A stretch of DNA of 64,000 bases from Phycisphaeraceae bacterium (GTDB lineage: Bacteria; Planctomycetota; Phycisphaerae; Phycisphaerales; Zrk34), in the NCBI GenBank assembly GCA_040905565.1, contig JBBDRF010000078.1, positions 10,106 through 74,105 of the forward strand, written 5' to 3'. This document shows, one piece after another, positions 20,601 through 30,273 of the stretch (the first letter of the stretch is position 1; each line of letters opens with the position of its first letter). Made by a program: the position numbers and the translations under genes. The notes below the pieces were generated by a model that made no database searches, had not been told where the DNA came from, and saw only the letters and a program-made list of their open reading frames with translations.

Positions 20601-21146
20601 CATGGAAGTGACGGCGTTGGGCCGAGGCGTGGTGAGGACCGGTTCCTCGAGCACGGTGTCGGGCATCGGCGGCGGCCCGTCGGGCCTGCCTGCGGACGGC
20701 GCGGGCAGCGAAAGATCAAGGCTTTGCCGGCGGACGGGAATGGCGTCGCCGTCCGCGGTTTCACGCATGCCTGATGCGATCCACTCACGCAGCGTGGCGA
20801 GCTGCTCGTCGGGCATCTTCGGCCCGCGCGGGGGCATGGAGGGCTCTTCGATGTGCGCGGTCACCAGGTAGAGCTTTGAAGAATCCGGCTGACCGGGTTC
20901 GACGATCGGCCCACCGGAGGAGCCGGCCATGAGGGCGCTAAAGGTGGTGAGATCGAGGTCCGCACGCAGATCGTTCGCGTTGTGACAGTTGAAACAGTGC
21001 TCACGGAAGATCGGCTGGATGTGGTCCTGGAAGTTGATCTTGTCTTCCGCCATCGCGTTCGTCGGCAGCAGTGCTGCGGCTGCGGGCAGCAGCAGGAAGC
21101 GACCAGGGCGTGGAGCGTGGCGGCGTAGGGTGGCGATCCAGTTCAT
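17637..21146 (-). CDS. Planctomycete cytochrome c domain + WD40 beta-propeller + long coiled-coil protein
   Basis: Signal peptide; IQPIFREHCFNCH (CxxCH); GH...SASEDGTVRIW WD repeats; ~700 aa Ala/Glu/Gln heptad-rich C-terminus. Confidence 0.88.
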   Translation of the reverse strand: MNWIATLRRHAPRPGRFLLLPAAAALLPTNAMAEDKINFQDHIQPIFREHCFNCHNANDLRADLDLTTFSALMAGSSGGPIVEPGQPDSSKLYLVTAHIEEPSMPPRGPKMPDEQLATLREWIASGMRETADGDAIPVRRQSLDLSLPAPSAGRPDGPPPMPDTVLEEPVLTTPRPNAVTSMAHSPWAPLLAVGSLRQVVLYNTDTAELLGILPFPEGMPESLRFSRNGRFLLVGGGYGARVGLAVLYDVETGRRVTSVGDEYDTVLAADITADQARIAVGGPGQIVRAFETSTGEDAYNIKKHTDWVQAIAYSPDDVLLATGDRSGALHVWEAHTGKPFYSLDGHRGAITAVAWRSDANAFASASEDGTVRIWNMINGTQLRAINAHGPGVTDVRFTHDGRLVTTGRDNRIKVWNTEGGEQHNFGPTDDLALQSAFNHEGTRAIVGDFAGKIRIYDIESGEHVADLSPNPPTIDQRIAQQRTAIAAVREEHPSFDADIAAARDRVAQVQQEIDAANEQREQFTTDVAKNDRTDDALAERAATLQEELDQARLAAPALKHGGNPPAFEAHLAKINDLDAKHLALIKDRQALYHEHRDLNAKIAQIDAEQLPALAQKLEQVQQENQPIDQIASTIAGHEREVARLEAAKVFTQIYYAKDELDAHTEEQEVAEIVLEQAEQAHQQAEQQLAQLRTEPDALKEKIGPAEAAVAEAEQANTEATAARDAARTAQQQAEAMLARYTEQVAAHEAASTEQTQQKEAAAAAVTEALATVEKANTAYDASLPALADARAMAERQKAAHAEATAKLEKQQQQVAAAREAVQAKQQAVAATRASRDEAGRTLEQSRQTLAALPEKITQVQQSMQPLAEAVETSKAALAAHDQKLTEAKAARDQADARLAAAREADPVDEEAVAQHQAERDTLEARVQELTHARQPLAENFADAATKREAAAAELAALQAEQEALPGRITEHEARRTALAGELAEHEAALPPLKEAVVAAEAPIAKLTETMAAAQQSAAEAVASVETHQKRRDELAAARQTAQTAHEEAAVALAAREMALAETMAALTAARESVAATGKKLETATAEASAKEAEHTAAAEALQATRATLADLRQKLEEAPTRIAEAEAALTEAEEERTAARTRREQAVAALAEFEAQFEQLQTQYTQLLP

Positions 21147-21199
21147 ACGGAACTCACTTTGATTCGACGGCAGACCGGCTGGTTCACAGGCGGGGCCGA

Positions 21200-23665
21200 T
21201 TAATGGTTGAACATGAATTCTTTGCTGTTGAGCAGGGCCCAGAAGAGGTCCTCGAGCACCTCGCGGCGTTGCTCGGCGGGGACGTCTAGCTGGGGCAGAA
21301 TGCTCTCGGTTTCCTGCTGCGTGGGGAAGCGGCCGAACGTTCTGAGATAGAGGTCCTCAAGAATCTCGGCGTTCGTCTTCTCCTGCTCGATGAGCTTCGG
21401 CACGACGCCGCCCTGCTGGAGTTTCTGGTGGATCGTGTCACCGTTGATCAGGTGGAGCGCCTGGGAGAGGTTCGGGTCGAGGGAGACTTCGCAGGAGCAG
21501 ACGGTTTCGCGGGTGGCGCGGCCGAACGTTGTCAGGAAGAAGCTGGAGGTCGAGCCGTCGGCGATCTGCACCGCACGGGCGCCCTGTGGCAGGCCTCGGA
21601 ACTTGTTGGTGCTCAGCGTTTCGGTGACCTGTGAGATCACGTCGTAAAGCACCTCGGCCCGCACGCGGCGTATGTAGGCGCGGGAGAAGTTGGTTTCGTC
21701 GGTGGCGTTTGTTTCGTTGATCTGGGTGGAACGCTGATAGGTTTCGGAGAGGGTGATATCGCGCACCATCCGCTTGAAGTCGTAGTCATATTCGATGAAG
21801 CGGTCGCCGAGTGCCCGGAGCAACGCGGGGTTGACCGGCGGGTTGGAGACGCGGACATCGTCGACGGGATCGGTGATGCCCTGGCCGAAGAAATGGTCCC
21901 AGACGATGTTCGCGAGGTTGGTGGCGAAGTAGGGATTGTCTTCGGAGGCGATCCAGTCGGCGAGGACGGCTCGGCGGTCGCGGCCCTTGAGGTCGGGCGT
22001 TTCGCCGCCGAGGAACTTGGGCTGGACGACCTGGTTGTTGACGGGGTGACGCACTTCGCCGCCGCCGCGGTTGAAGACGACGGTGTCACGTGGATCGCCG
22101 CCCTTCTTGCGGCCGATTTGCGTGAAGAAGGCGGCGAAGCCGTAGTAGTCGTTCATCGTCCAGCGATCGAACGGATGGTTGTGGCACTGGGCACACTGCA
22201 CCCGCATGCCCATGAAAACCTGCGCGACGTTCTCGGTCAGCGGCAGGTTTTCGCGTTCAACCTGATAAAAATTTGTTGCGGGGTTCTCGAAGGTTGAACC
22301 GTTGCTGGCAATCAGCTCCTGCACGACCTCGTCCATCGGCACTTCGTTCGCCAGACGCTCGGAGAGCCAGTTGTAATACAGCAGGGAGGCTTTGTAGCTG
22401 ATGCCCTGATTGGGGTCTGTCGAGCGAATCTGCAGCAGCTCGGCGAACTTCATCACCCAGACTTCGACGAACTCTTTGCGGTTGAGCAGATCATCGACCA
22501 GCTTCTCGCGTTTGTTCGGATCCTCGTCAGCGAGGAAAGCACGCACCTCCTCGGGCTCGGGGACCATGCCCACGATGTCCAGGTACACCCGGCGGAGGAA
22601 GACTTCGTCGCTGGCGCGCTCGGATGGCAGCACGCGAAGCTTCTGCAGCTTGGCGTGAATGAGTTCATCGATGTAGTTGGCTTCGGGGGCGTCCGACCAT
22701 TCGAAGTCGAGATTATCCGGCAGGATGATGACCTGGCTGGTGACGGTATGGGCGTCGAACCGGGCGAGGATGAACGCTTCGCCACGCTTTTTGGCGGAGA
22801 CGAGGCCTTGCTCATCGACGTCCGCGGAGGCGTCGTTGTTGGACATGAAAACGGTGAGGGGGGTGACATCGCGCGTGGTGCCGTCGGAGTAGTGCGCGAG
22901 GACGCTCATCTGCTGCGTGGCAGCTTCGCCTTCGAGCACCAGCTGCTCGGGCATGAGCTGAATGTCGACCACCTCAGCGACGTCGGGCGAATCGTTGGGC
23001 GCACCGTTTTCGAGCCAGCGGATAAGCGTGTCGTAAAGTTCGCTGTCTTCGGTGAACAGTTCGCCGCCGGTGTGCGTGACGTCGCCGAGCGCCTTCTGGA
23101 TGATGAGCGCGTCGTGGGGCGACGCGAGGTTGATGCGGCGGCCGGGCTGTTCACGCGTGATGCGGAAGTGGTCGCCGTCGGGGTCGAAGCCGAACAGGGA
23201 AAGCTGAAATCCGTCGCGCCCGCGGGCCGACCCGTGACAGTCGCCGGTATTGCAGCCGGCCTTGGCGAGCACGGGAAGCACGTCCAGCCTGAAGCTGACG
23301 GGCCGATCGACCGCAGCTTCGGTGACCTTCACCGGCACTTCGATCTCGTGGCCTTCGAAGGTGACGGTCAGCGTGGTTTCGCCATCCGCAGCCGGGTAGA
23401 AGGTGTTGCGGTCACGTTCGAGAAGCGACCCGTCGGCGAGTTTGAACTCGGCGGCAGCGGTCACATCGCGCGTCACCTCGTCGCTATACACAGCCTGGAC
23501 GACGAGGGTCTGGCGGTCGCGCAGCGTTGTCAGCTCGATCTGCGGGGGGAACACGCCCACCCGCTCCACGGTCTTGCCCTCGGCGCTCGCGGCGGAGGCC
23601 ATGGCGAGCAGCGTAAGGATGCAGACGACGCTTGAGGCGATGGTTTGAAACGGTCTACAGTGCAT
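21200..23665 (-). CDS. DUF1549/DUF1553 (PSD1/PSCyt2) protein with Ig-like repeats
   Basis: CNTGDCHG, FLRRVYLDI.G, CAQCHNHPFDRW, FGRATRET.C.CE, WALLNSKEFMFNH. Confidence 0.9.
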   Translation of the reverse strand: MHCRPFQTIASSVVCILTLLAMASAASAEGKTVERVGVFPPQIELTTLRDRQTLVVQAVYSDEVTRDVTAAAEFKLADGSLLERDRNTFYPAADGETTLTVTFEGHEIEVPVKVTEAAVDRPVSFRLDVLPVLAKAGCNTGDCHGSARGRDGFQLSLFGFDPDGDHFRITREQPGRRINLASPHDALIIQKALGDVTHTGGELFTEDSELYDTLIRWLENGAPNDSPDVAEVVDIQLMPEQLVLEGEAATQQMSVLAHYSDGTTRDVTPLTVFMSNNDASADVDEQGLVSAKKRGEAFILARFDAHTVTSQVIILPDNLDFEWSDAPEANYIDELIHAKLQKLRVLPSERASDEVFLRRVYLDIVGMVPEPEEVRAFLADEDPNKREKLVDDLLNRKEFVEVWVMKFAELLQIRSTDPNQGISYKASLLYYNWLSERLANEVPMDEVVQELIASNGSTFENPATNFYQVERENLPLTENVAQVFMGMRVQCAQCHNHPFDRWTMNDYYGFAAFFTQIGRKKGGDPRDTVVFNRGGGEVRHPVNNQVVQPKFLGGETPDLKGRDRRAVLADWIASEDNPYFATNLANIVWDHFFGQGITDPVDDVRVSNPPVNPALLRALGDRFIEYDYDFKRMVRDITLSETYQRSTQINETNATDETNFSRAYIRRVRAEVLYDVISQVTETLSTNKFRGLPQGARAVQIADGSTSSFFLTTFGRATRETVCSCEVSLDPNLSQALHLINGDTIHQKLQQGGVVPKLIEQEKTNAEILEDLYLRTFGRFPTQQETESILPQLDVPAEQRREVLEDLFWALLNSKEFMFNH

Positions 23666-23714
23666 GGCACGTTTCCTGATTGACGGTAGCTGGATCGGCA
23701 GCCGCGGCTGACTT

Positions 23715-26192
23715 TTATTTGTTTTCACGTTCCTCAGCGAGCTCTTTGCGGAGCTGTTCGAGGCGGGTGAGCGGGCGCGGCTTCTCTTCCGGCTCGGGCT
23801 CTGGCTCGGGTTCGGGTTCCGGCTCGGCTTCGGGCTCGGGCTCCGGCTCGGGTTCAGGCTCGCGCGGCTTGTCGACACGGAGGACCCCGCCGCCGGCGAA
23901 GGTGTGTTTCATCACTTCGCCTTCGGCTTCCTGGCTGAACTCGACGAAGAGCGAGCGGTGCTGGCCGAGCGGCGTTTTTTCGTTGGTGGTGATCTCGAAG
24001 ATGACTTCTTCGGTGTCGGCGGTGATGGTGACCGGCTCGGCGGAGGTTTCGGGGGGCAGGCCGCTGAGCGTAAGGGTGGCTTCGCCTTCGAAGGCCTGCT
24101 TGCCGAAGAGGCTCACGGGCATGCGGGCGGAATCGCCTTGTTCGATGGCGGTAAGCTGAATCTCGCCGCCGAGGCGGGAGGGCTCGATGCGGATGTTCGC
24201 CAGTTGTGAGCCGACGAACAGCGGCCCGCCGTCGACCCCCGCCCAGCCAAGCACCGCGATTTTGTATTCACCGGCGCGGGCATTGCCGGCTGCGTTGACG
24301 GGGTAGGCGACCTCGTTCTGACCTTCGGGAATGTTGATGGTGGCGCGTGCGTTGAAGCCCGGCGGGCGGTACTCGATCGCCAGCGTGATCGGGGCGGTGA
24401 ACCCTTCGGCACGATCGGCGACGACGCGTAAGGCCATCGGCCCATCCTGCAGGAGCGGCACCTTCGGTTCGATGATGCGGATGCTGAAGGGGGCCTTCTC
24501 CGTCACGACGATCGGCATCTCGGCGATCGGCGTCGCGTGGAACGTGCCGAGGTTATTCTGATGCACCGCGTTGATCTGCTGGACGTAGGAGCCGACGATA
24601 TCCTTCCGCTCCACGTGGCGGGCGAGGATTCGGCCCATGCGACCGCCGACTTCCGCGTCTTCCGCCGCTTCGAAGACGACGGCGGCTTCGTTGATGCCCT
24701 GCGGGACGACTTCGGCGTGCATCGTGACGCCTTCGGGCAGGTCTTCAGAGTAGAGTTCGATATCGCCGCCGATGTTGTTGCGGTTGATGCGGAAGCGGTA
24801 GGTCCATCGGTTGCCTTGCGGCACGGCGATCCACTGGCGACCCTGCGTGTCGTTGCGGCCGATGTCGGGGATGTTCAGCGAGAGGCTGGGCGTGGGGGGC
24901 GCGATTTCCAGGCGGTAAGCGAACTGCGGCCCGCCGCGCCTGAGGTGATCCCAGACACGAACATAGTATTCGCCGTCTTCGGGGGGCGTGAACTGAACGA
25001 AGCTGTCCAGCGAGCCGCGGTTGTCGTCGTTGGCTTCGAGTTGACCACCATCGGCTTTGTGAACGGCGATGACGGTGTCGATCGGCGAGCCGAGCTCACG
25101 GGCGTAGCTATTCACTTCCAGCCGTTGGCCTTTCTTCGCGTTGAAGCGGAACCAGTGGGTCTGGCCCTCTTCGGCGATGATGCCGTCGACGGCGAAGGGC
25201 GGCATGGGTTCGATGGCCTGGGCATCGCCGCGGCTGAGGGGGGCGCCCTCGGCTGTGACGGCGGGCATGTCCGACACACGCATGAAATTAGGTGTGGGGG
25301 CGAAGCCGCCTTCCTGCTCGGTGTAAACGTTCAGGCGGTTGGTCACGGTCTCGGGAAGTGTGAGCGTTTGCGTGATGGTGCCGGCTTCGTCGCCGAGCAT
25401 CGTCACCTCAAGCTGCTCACCGGGTTTGCCGCCGAGGGGGAAGGCGACGAGGGGTCGGGGAAAGTCGCCCACGTTCAGGCGGTAGTGGCTGTTGCCGTTG
25501 CCGCCGTAGGCGCTCTCGCGGATTTCGATGAGGTAGTTGCCGTCTTCGGGGGCGATGACCGAGGCCACGCCGTCCTGCCCGCTGAAGGCCGTGCCGTCGG
25601 ACGCGGCAAGTGTGAAGCGATCCATGTCGAGAATGGCGATGTAAGGGTCGAAGATGAGCCGGCCAAGGCGCATGGCCTGAACTTCAGCGACGATGCGCTG
25701 GCCCTTTTTCGCTTCGAAGATGTAGTAGTCGACGTCCTCGTTGGTGGCGACGCCGTGCACCGTGGTGTTCATCTCGATCGGCTGGGCTTCTTCGATGAGG
25801 TTGTTCGGTTCGGCCTCATCGGCGACGGGGAGTGCCCCGACCTGAAGGAGTTGGAGGTTGGTGACGCCTCGGGGCGTGCGAAGGCGGAGGCGGTGCTCAC
25901 CGAGCTGGGCGTCCGGGGCGACGCGGAGGTTAAGGCGGACGTGGTTGTCGTTAACCTTCTCGAAGGAGAGGGCTTCGATGCCGGCGTCATGGCTGAGCAG
26001 TTGGGCTGCATCGCCGACGCGGGGGCCGTGGAAGTTGACGGTGGTTTCGGTGCCGCGCTGCACGCCGACCGGCTGAATGTTCTGCAGTTCCGGGGAGTTG
26101 GCGAGCGCCGGCGCGGCGGCGAAGACCAACAGGAATGCGAAGGAGCACGCAGCGGCAAAGCGCACGACGGGATCAGGTCGGCTTGACGTCAT
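23715..26192 (-). CDS. Secreted pre-peptidase C-terminal (PPC) domain protein with (EP)n linker
   Basis: Signal peptide; EAEPNN..EAQ, DVDYY.F, NDD PPC motifs; EPEPEP tail. Confidence 0.85.
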   Translation of the reverse strand: MTSSRPDPVVRFAAACSFAFLLVFAAAPALANSPELQNIQPVGVQRGTETTVNFHGPRVGDAAQLLSHDAGIEALSFEKVNDNHVRLNLRVAPDAQLGEHRLRLRTPRGVTNLQLLQVGALPVADEAEPNNLIEEAQPIEMNTTVHGVATNEDVDYYIFEAKKGQRIVAEVQAMRLGRLIFDPYIAILDMDRFTLAASDGTAFSGQDGVASVIAPEDGNYLIEIRESAYGGNGNSHYRLNVGDFPRPLVAFPLGGKPGEQLEVTMLGDEAGTITQTLTLPETVTNRLNVYTEQEGGFAPTPNFMRVSDMPAVTAEGAPLSRGDAQAIEPMPPFAVDGIIAEEGQTHWFRFNAKKGQRLEVNSYARELGSPIDTVIAVHKADGGQLEANDDNRGSLDSFVQFTPPEDGEYYVRVWDHLRRGGPQFAYRLEIAPPTPSLSLNIPDIGRNDTQGRQWIAVPQGNRWTYRFRINRNNIGGDIELYSEDLPEGVTMHAEVVPQGINEAAVVFEAAEDAEVGGRMGRILARHVERKDIVGSYVQQINAVHQNNLGTFHATPIAEMPIVVTEKAPFSIRIIEPKVPLLQDGPMALRVVADRAEGFTAPITLAIEYRPPGFNARATINIPEGQNEVAYPVNAAGNARAGEYKIAVLGWAGVDGGPLFVGSQLANIRIEPSRLGGEIQLTAIEQGDSARMPVSLFGKQAFEGEATLTLSGLPPETSAEPVTITADTEEVIFEITTNEKTPLGQHRSLFVEFSQEAEGEVMKHTFAGGGVLRVDKPREPEPEPEPEPEAEPEPEPEPEPEPEEKPRPLTRLEQLRKELAEERENK

Positions 26193-26229
26193 GATGGATA
26201 GGCCCCAAAGGCGTTGCTTGTCGAATCGA

Positions 26230-27561
26230 TCAGGCGAGCAGGTCGCGAACGGCGCGGCCGCCGGCGACGATCTCGATGGGCCGATCGCCCGGCGCCATCA
26301 GCGTCTTTTCGTGCTCAATGCCCATCAGTTCATAGATGGTGGCGGCCCAGTCGGGCACGCTCACGGCGTCGTCCTGCACGTGGGTGCTGGTGGTATCGCT
26401 GCGGCCGTGGACGTAGCCACGCTTGACGCCGCCGCCCGCCATGGCAATGGAGAAGACGCCGGGCCAGTGGTCGCGGCCGGCGGTGTTGTTGATGCGGGGC
26501 GTGCGGCCGAATTCAGTCGTCACCATCACCAGCGTGTCATCAAGCATGCCTCGGCGATCGAGGTCGTTGATGAGGGCGGCGAAGCCCTGGTCGGTTGGGC
26601 CGATGAGGTTTTTATGGCCGCCGTCGATGTTGTCGTGGTGGTCCCAGCCGCCGTAGACCATGGTGACGAAGCGAACGCCGGCTTCGACGAGGCGTCGGCT
26701 CATGAGCATCCGCATGCCCGCCTGGTTTTCGCCGTATTCTTTGCGAAGTTCTGCGGGCTCGGCACTGATGTCGAACGCTTCGCGGGCCTCCTTGGACGAG
26801 AGCATCGCGTAAGCCTGCTGATAGAACGAGTCCATCGCTTCGAGTTTGTCGGATTTCTCCAGCGTGCTGAAGTGCTTGTCGACGGCGGAGAGCATGGATT
26901 GCCGACGGCTGAAGCGTGTTTCGTCGACGCCGCTGGGCAGCGAGAGATCGCGGACGCGGAAGTTGGCGTTGGCGGGATCGGCACCGAGGCCGAAGGGCCC
27001 GAAGCGGGAGCTGAGGTAGCCGCTGCCGGCTGTGTCGACGCTGGGGTTGGGCACAAACATGTAAGGCGGCAGGTTGTTACGCGGGCCCATCTCGTGGGCG
27101 ACGACCGAGCCCATGGAGGGGTACGCAAGGGCGGGGCTGGGGCGGTAGCCCGTCATCATGTTGTGCACGCCACGTTCGTGGGCGGCTTCGCCGTGGCTCA
27201 TGGAGCGGATGACGCTGATTTTGTCGGCGATCTGTGCGGTGCGCGGCATGTGCTCGCTGAAGCGTTCGCCGGGAATTTTGGTGGCGATGTGGCCGAAGGG
27301 GCCGCGGTATTCTTCGGGCGCGTAGAGCTTGGGATCGAACGTCTCCTGCGCCGACGCACCGCCGGGGAGGAAGATGTTGATCACGCTCTTGGCGCGGCCT
27401 TCTTTGACGGTGTCGGCTTTGGCGGTCGACTGCAGGCGCAGTGCGTCGCCGAGGTGAAGCCCGAGCCCGCCGAGCATGCCGACGTAAAGAAAGTCCCGCC
27501 GGTTGGGGCGACGGAAATGCGATGGATCGTCCAACCACGTGCCGCGGATGCCTTCGCTCAT
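26230..27561 (-). CDS. DUF1501 family protein (Tat-exported)
   Basis: NRRDFL Tat motif; LPGG.SAQETFDPK, RRLVEAGVRFV, WDHH, EFGRTP, GRDHW. Confidence 0.92.
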   Translation of the reverse strand: MSEGIRGTWLDDPSHFRRPNRRDFLYVGMLGGLGLHLGDALRLQSTAKADTVKEGRAKSVINIFLPGGASAQETFDPKLYAPEEYRGPFGHIATKIPGERFSEHMPRTAQIADKISVIRSMSHGEAAHERGVHNMMTGYRPSPALAYPSMGSVVAHEMGPRNNLPPYMFVPNPSVDTAGSGYLSSRFGPFGLGADPANANFRVRDLSLPSGVDETRFSRRQSMLSAVDKHFSTLEKSDKLEAMDSFYQQAYAMLSSKEAREAFDISAEPAELRKEYGENQAGMRMLMSRRLVEAGVRFVTMVYGGWDHHDNIDGGHKNLIGPTDQGFAALINDLDRRGMLDDTLVMVTTEFGRTPRINNTAGRDHWPGVFSIAMAGGGVKRGYVHGRSDTTSTHVQDDAVSVPDWAATIYELMGIEHEKTLMAPGDRPIEIVAGGRAVRDLLA

Positions 27562-27663
27562 GTCTTCGGTCCTTGCGTTGTTGGGTATCGTCCTGGAGCC
27601 GATCGTCCCCGATCCGGTCCGTGACAGTGCCTGGCGGGAGGAGTCATTGATTGACTTATAAGT

Positions 27664-27693
27664 ATTCTAGCCCGAGTTGATGCCACGATCAAC
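27664..27693 (-). promoter_or_regulatory. Sigma70 promoter of the DUF1501 operon with palindrome over -35
   Basis: Minus strand TTGATC-N17-TAGAAT; GTTGAT-N6-ATCAAC palindrome at 27676-27693. Confidence 0.65.
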
Positions 27694-27829
27694 AGTTATT
27701 TTCCGAACGTCATATCAAACGCGGGGGGAGCACGTTCCATCGGAGCAAGATCGGCTTTTGGGGGGTGGGGCTTAAAGCAGGGGGGCCGGTCGGACGATGA
27801 GAATACTGCTGAGCATCAGGAGAACAGCT

Positions 27830-28018
27830 ATGGCAGCCGGACCCATCATTCGTATCATGTGCCCCAACCTCAAGTGCCGACGGGTGCTCGGCGTGCCCAC
27901 CACGGCGCGCGGCAAGAACGTGCGCTGCGGGACCTGCGGCACCCACGTCCGGATCCCCGCTCCCAAACAGCCCGCGCCGCGCCCCGCGGAACCGGCCTCG
28001 GAATCCGAAAAGGCCTGA
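27830..28018 (+). CDS. Small zinc-ribbon protein
   Basis: CPNLKC...CGTC; AGGAG RBS at 27818-27822. Confidence 0.75.
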   Translation: MAAGPIIRIMCPNLKCRRVLGVPTTARGKNVRCGTCGTHVRIPAPKQPAPRPAEPASESEKA

Positions 28019-28022
28019 GCGA

Positions 28023-28949
28023 TCACGCCGGCGAGGCCACGCCTTCCATGATCTGCTGCATGATCCGGGCGGTGGTCAGCGGTGAGCCATCGTGCATGGC
28101 CGACTTGGCCACCACGCGATGGGAAAACACCGGCACCACGTTCGTCAGAATGTCGTCGGGCACCACGTAATCGCGGTGATTGAGCATGGCTGTCGCACGC
28201 GCCACCTGCGCCAGGGCCAGTGTGCCTCGCGGGGAAACGCCGACTTCCAGTTGATCGCTCTCGCGCGTCATCGTGGCCAGTTGAATCACGTAGTCGACGA
28301 TCGTCTTGTCCATCTTCACAGCGTTGACCTTCTGCTGAAGGTCGATCACGTCCTCGCGCGAGATCACGGGACGAAGATCCGCCAGGGCACCGAGCGACGG
28401 CTGCTGCGTGAGGATGCGTGCTTCGTCGGCTGGGTCGGGGTAGCCGAGGTGGATGCGCATCAGAAAGCGATCGAGCTGACTTTCGGGTAGAAAGTACGTG
28501 CCTTCGAACTCGAAGGGGTTTTGCGTCGCCACGACCATGAAGGGCGGATCAAGTTTTCGCGTGATGCCATCGACGGAGACCTGCGCTTCGTTCATCGCTT
28601 CGAGCAGAGCGCTTTGCGTGCGAGGCGTGGCGCGATTGATCTCGTCGGCGAGCAGGATGTTCGTGAAAATGGGGCCGGGCTTGAAGACGAAATTTTCGTT
28701 CTCCTGCGAATAGACCGTCACCCCGATGACGTCGGCAGGCAGCATGTCGGGCGTAAGCTGCAGGCGGGCGAAGTTGCACTCGACGCTGCGCGCCAGCGTC
28801 TGGGCGAGGACGGTCTTGCCGACGCCGGGCACGTCTTCGATGAGGATGTGGCCGCGCGCGAGCAGGCATACCAGCACCCGGTCGACAGCTTCGGGGTTGC
28901 CCATGTAGACGCTGGTGATGTTGTCGCGAAGTCGTGCGAGTCGTTCCAT
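28023..28949 (-). CDS. MoxR family AAA+ ATPase
   Basis: EDVPGVGKT, TPDMLPAD, LADEINRATPRTQSALLEAM, ATQNP, LPESQLDRF. Confidence 0.95.
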   Translation of the reverse strand: MERLARLRDNITSVYMGNPEAVDRVLVCLLARGHILIEDVPGVGKTVLAQTLARSVECNFARLQLTPDMLPADVIGVTVYSQENENFVFKPGPIFTNILLADEINRATPRTQSALLEAMNEAQVSVDGITRKLDPPFMVVATQNPFEFEGTYFLPESQLDRFLMRIHLGYPDPADEARILTQQPSLGALADLRPVISREDVIDLQQKVNAVKMDKTIVDYVIQLATMTRESDQLEVGVSPRGTLALAQVARATAMLNHRDYVVPDDILTNVVPVFSHRVVAKSAMHDGSPLTTARIMQQIMEGVASPA

Positions 28950-29119
28950 CAAAAAACACTCCAGAAACAAGCGTCACGAGTATATCAGGCCGACCCGCGC
29001 TTCGCCGCCTGGTGACGTGATCTGGAGTCGGACGGCCCGGGCTGGGGACAGCCCGGCTCTGTGTGGAACCCATGCGGACAAGGAGGCGGCTTGTCCTCAA
29101 GCCGGTCGTGCCGGGATCG

Positions 29120-30226
29120 TTACTGCTTGAGGATCTGCTCGTAGAAGTCTTCATAGAGCGGGAGAATCTTGTCGCGGCAGAAGGTACGGCGGGCGTGGGA
29201 GACGGCGGCTTCGCTCATTGCGGCCCATTGCTCCGCATCGCCGAGCACATCAAGGGACGCCTGGGCGATCTTCTCAATGTCGCCCACGGGGCTCAGCCGA
29301 CCGGTGACACGATCCCGCACCACTTCAGGCAACCCGCCTGCATCGGAGACCACCGCCGGCACGCCGCAGGCCTGCGCTTCGAGGGCGGAGAGGCCGAACG
29401 ATTCGTAGTCGCTGAGCAGGAGGAACAGATGGCTGGAGCGGTAGAGGTCCTCGACTGCGGTTTGGGGCCCGACGAAACGCACGCGATCACAGATGCCCAG
29501 TTCGCCGGCGAGTTCTTCCGCCAGCCCGCGCTCCGGGCCGTCGCCCACCATCACCAGCCTTGCGGGAATCTGACGCTGAATGCGCTCGAACACGCGGATG
29601 ATGTCGACGACGCGTTTGACCGGTCGAAAGTTGCTGGCGTGCAGAACCTGAAATTCACCGTCCTCAGGCCAGCCGGCACGGCCGCGGGGACCGAAACGGT
29701 CGCAATCAACAAAGTTCGGCAGCACCACAGGCGGTTCGGGCAGATCAAACTCCTTCATCGTCTGATCCAGAAGCCACTGCGACACGGTCGTAAGCCCATC
29801 GCACTGAACCATCGCATGGCGACACACGCGGTAAAAATCACGATGCGAGCCGACGAGCGTAATGTCCGTGCCGTGCAGCGTCGTCACCACGCGCACCGGG
29901 TGCGGCTGTACGGCCTGGGCGGCAAGGATGGCGGCAATCGCATGAGGCACCGCATAGTGGGCATGCACAATTTGAATGTCGTGGGCCACGATGGCCTCGG
30001 CGATCTCGTTGGCGAGGCAAAGGTCGTGCGGGGGATACTTGAACAGCGGGTAGTTCGTCACGTTCACCGGATGAAAGTGCACGTCGCGATTGTCGCCGAG
30101 GCGGAACGGCCGTTCGACCGCGGCCATATGCATGTCGTGACCGCGCGAAGCAAGGCCCATCGCCAGCTCCGTGGCAACGACGCCGCTACCGCCCTGAGTG
30201 GGATGACAGGAAATAAGGATACGCAT
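29120..30226 (-). CDS. bshA: N-acetyl-alpha-D-glucosaminyl L-malate synthase
   Basis: [55 protein letters not shown]. Confidence 0.92.
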   Translation of the reverse strand: MRILISCHPTQGGSGVVATELAMGLASRGHDMHMAAVERPFRLGDNRDVHFHPVNVTNYPLFKYPPHDLCLANEIAEAIVAHDIQIVHAHYAVPHAIAAILAAQAVQPHPVRVVTTLHGTDITLVGSHRDFYRVCRHAMVQCDGLTTVSQWLLDQTMKEFDLPEPPVVLPNFVDCDRFGPRGRAGWPEDGEFQVLHASNFRPVKRVVDIIRVFERIQRQIPARLVMVGDGPERGLAEELAGELGICDRVRFVGPQTAVEDLYRSSHLFLLLSDYESFGLSALEAQACGVPAVVSDAGGLPEVVRDRVTGRLSPVGDIEKIAQASLDVLGDAEQWAAMSEAAVSHARRTFCRDKILPLYEDFYEQILKQ

Positions 30227-30273
30227 GGGGGGATCTCGAAGATGAAGCGGGGGACGGGAAGCTAGCACTTTTC

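Noticed and set aside
18012..20774. Long antisense ORFs (920 aa here; also 4257-5804, 24537-26186, 26077-27624, 29063-30265, 38340-39593, 48470-50155)
   Set aside because: Shadow frames opposite well-supported genes; expected in high-GC DNA with few stop codons; no recognisable motifs.
23790..23862. Tandem GGCTCG-type repeats as a possible CRISPR or VNTR
   Set aside because: They encode the (EP)n linker of the PPC protein; no spacer structure and no cas genes.
28023..28949. MoxR without DUF58/vWA partners (likewise orphan exbB at 34554-35231 and leuD without leuC)
   Set aside because: Split operons are common in Planctomycetota; the partners are probably elsewhere in the genome.
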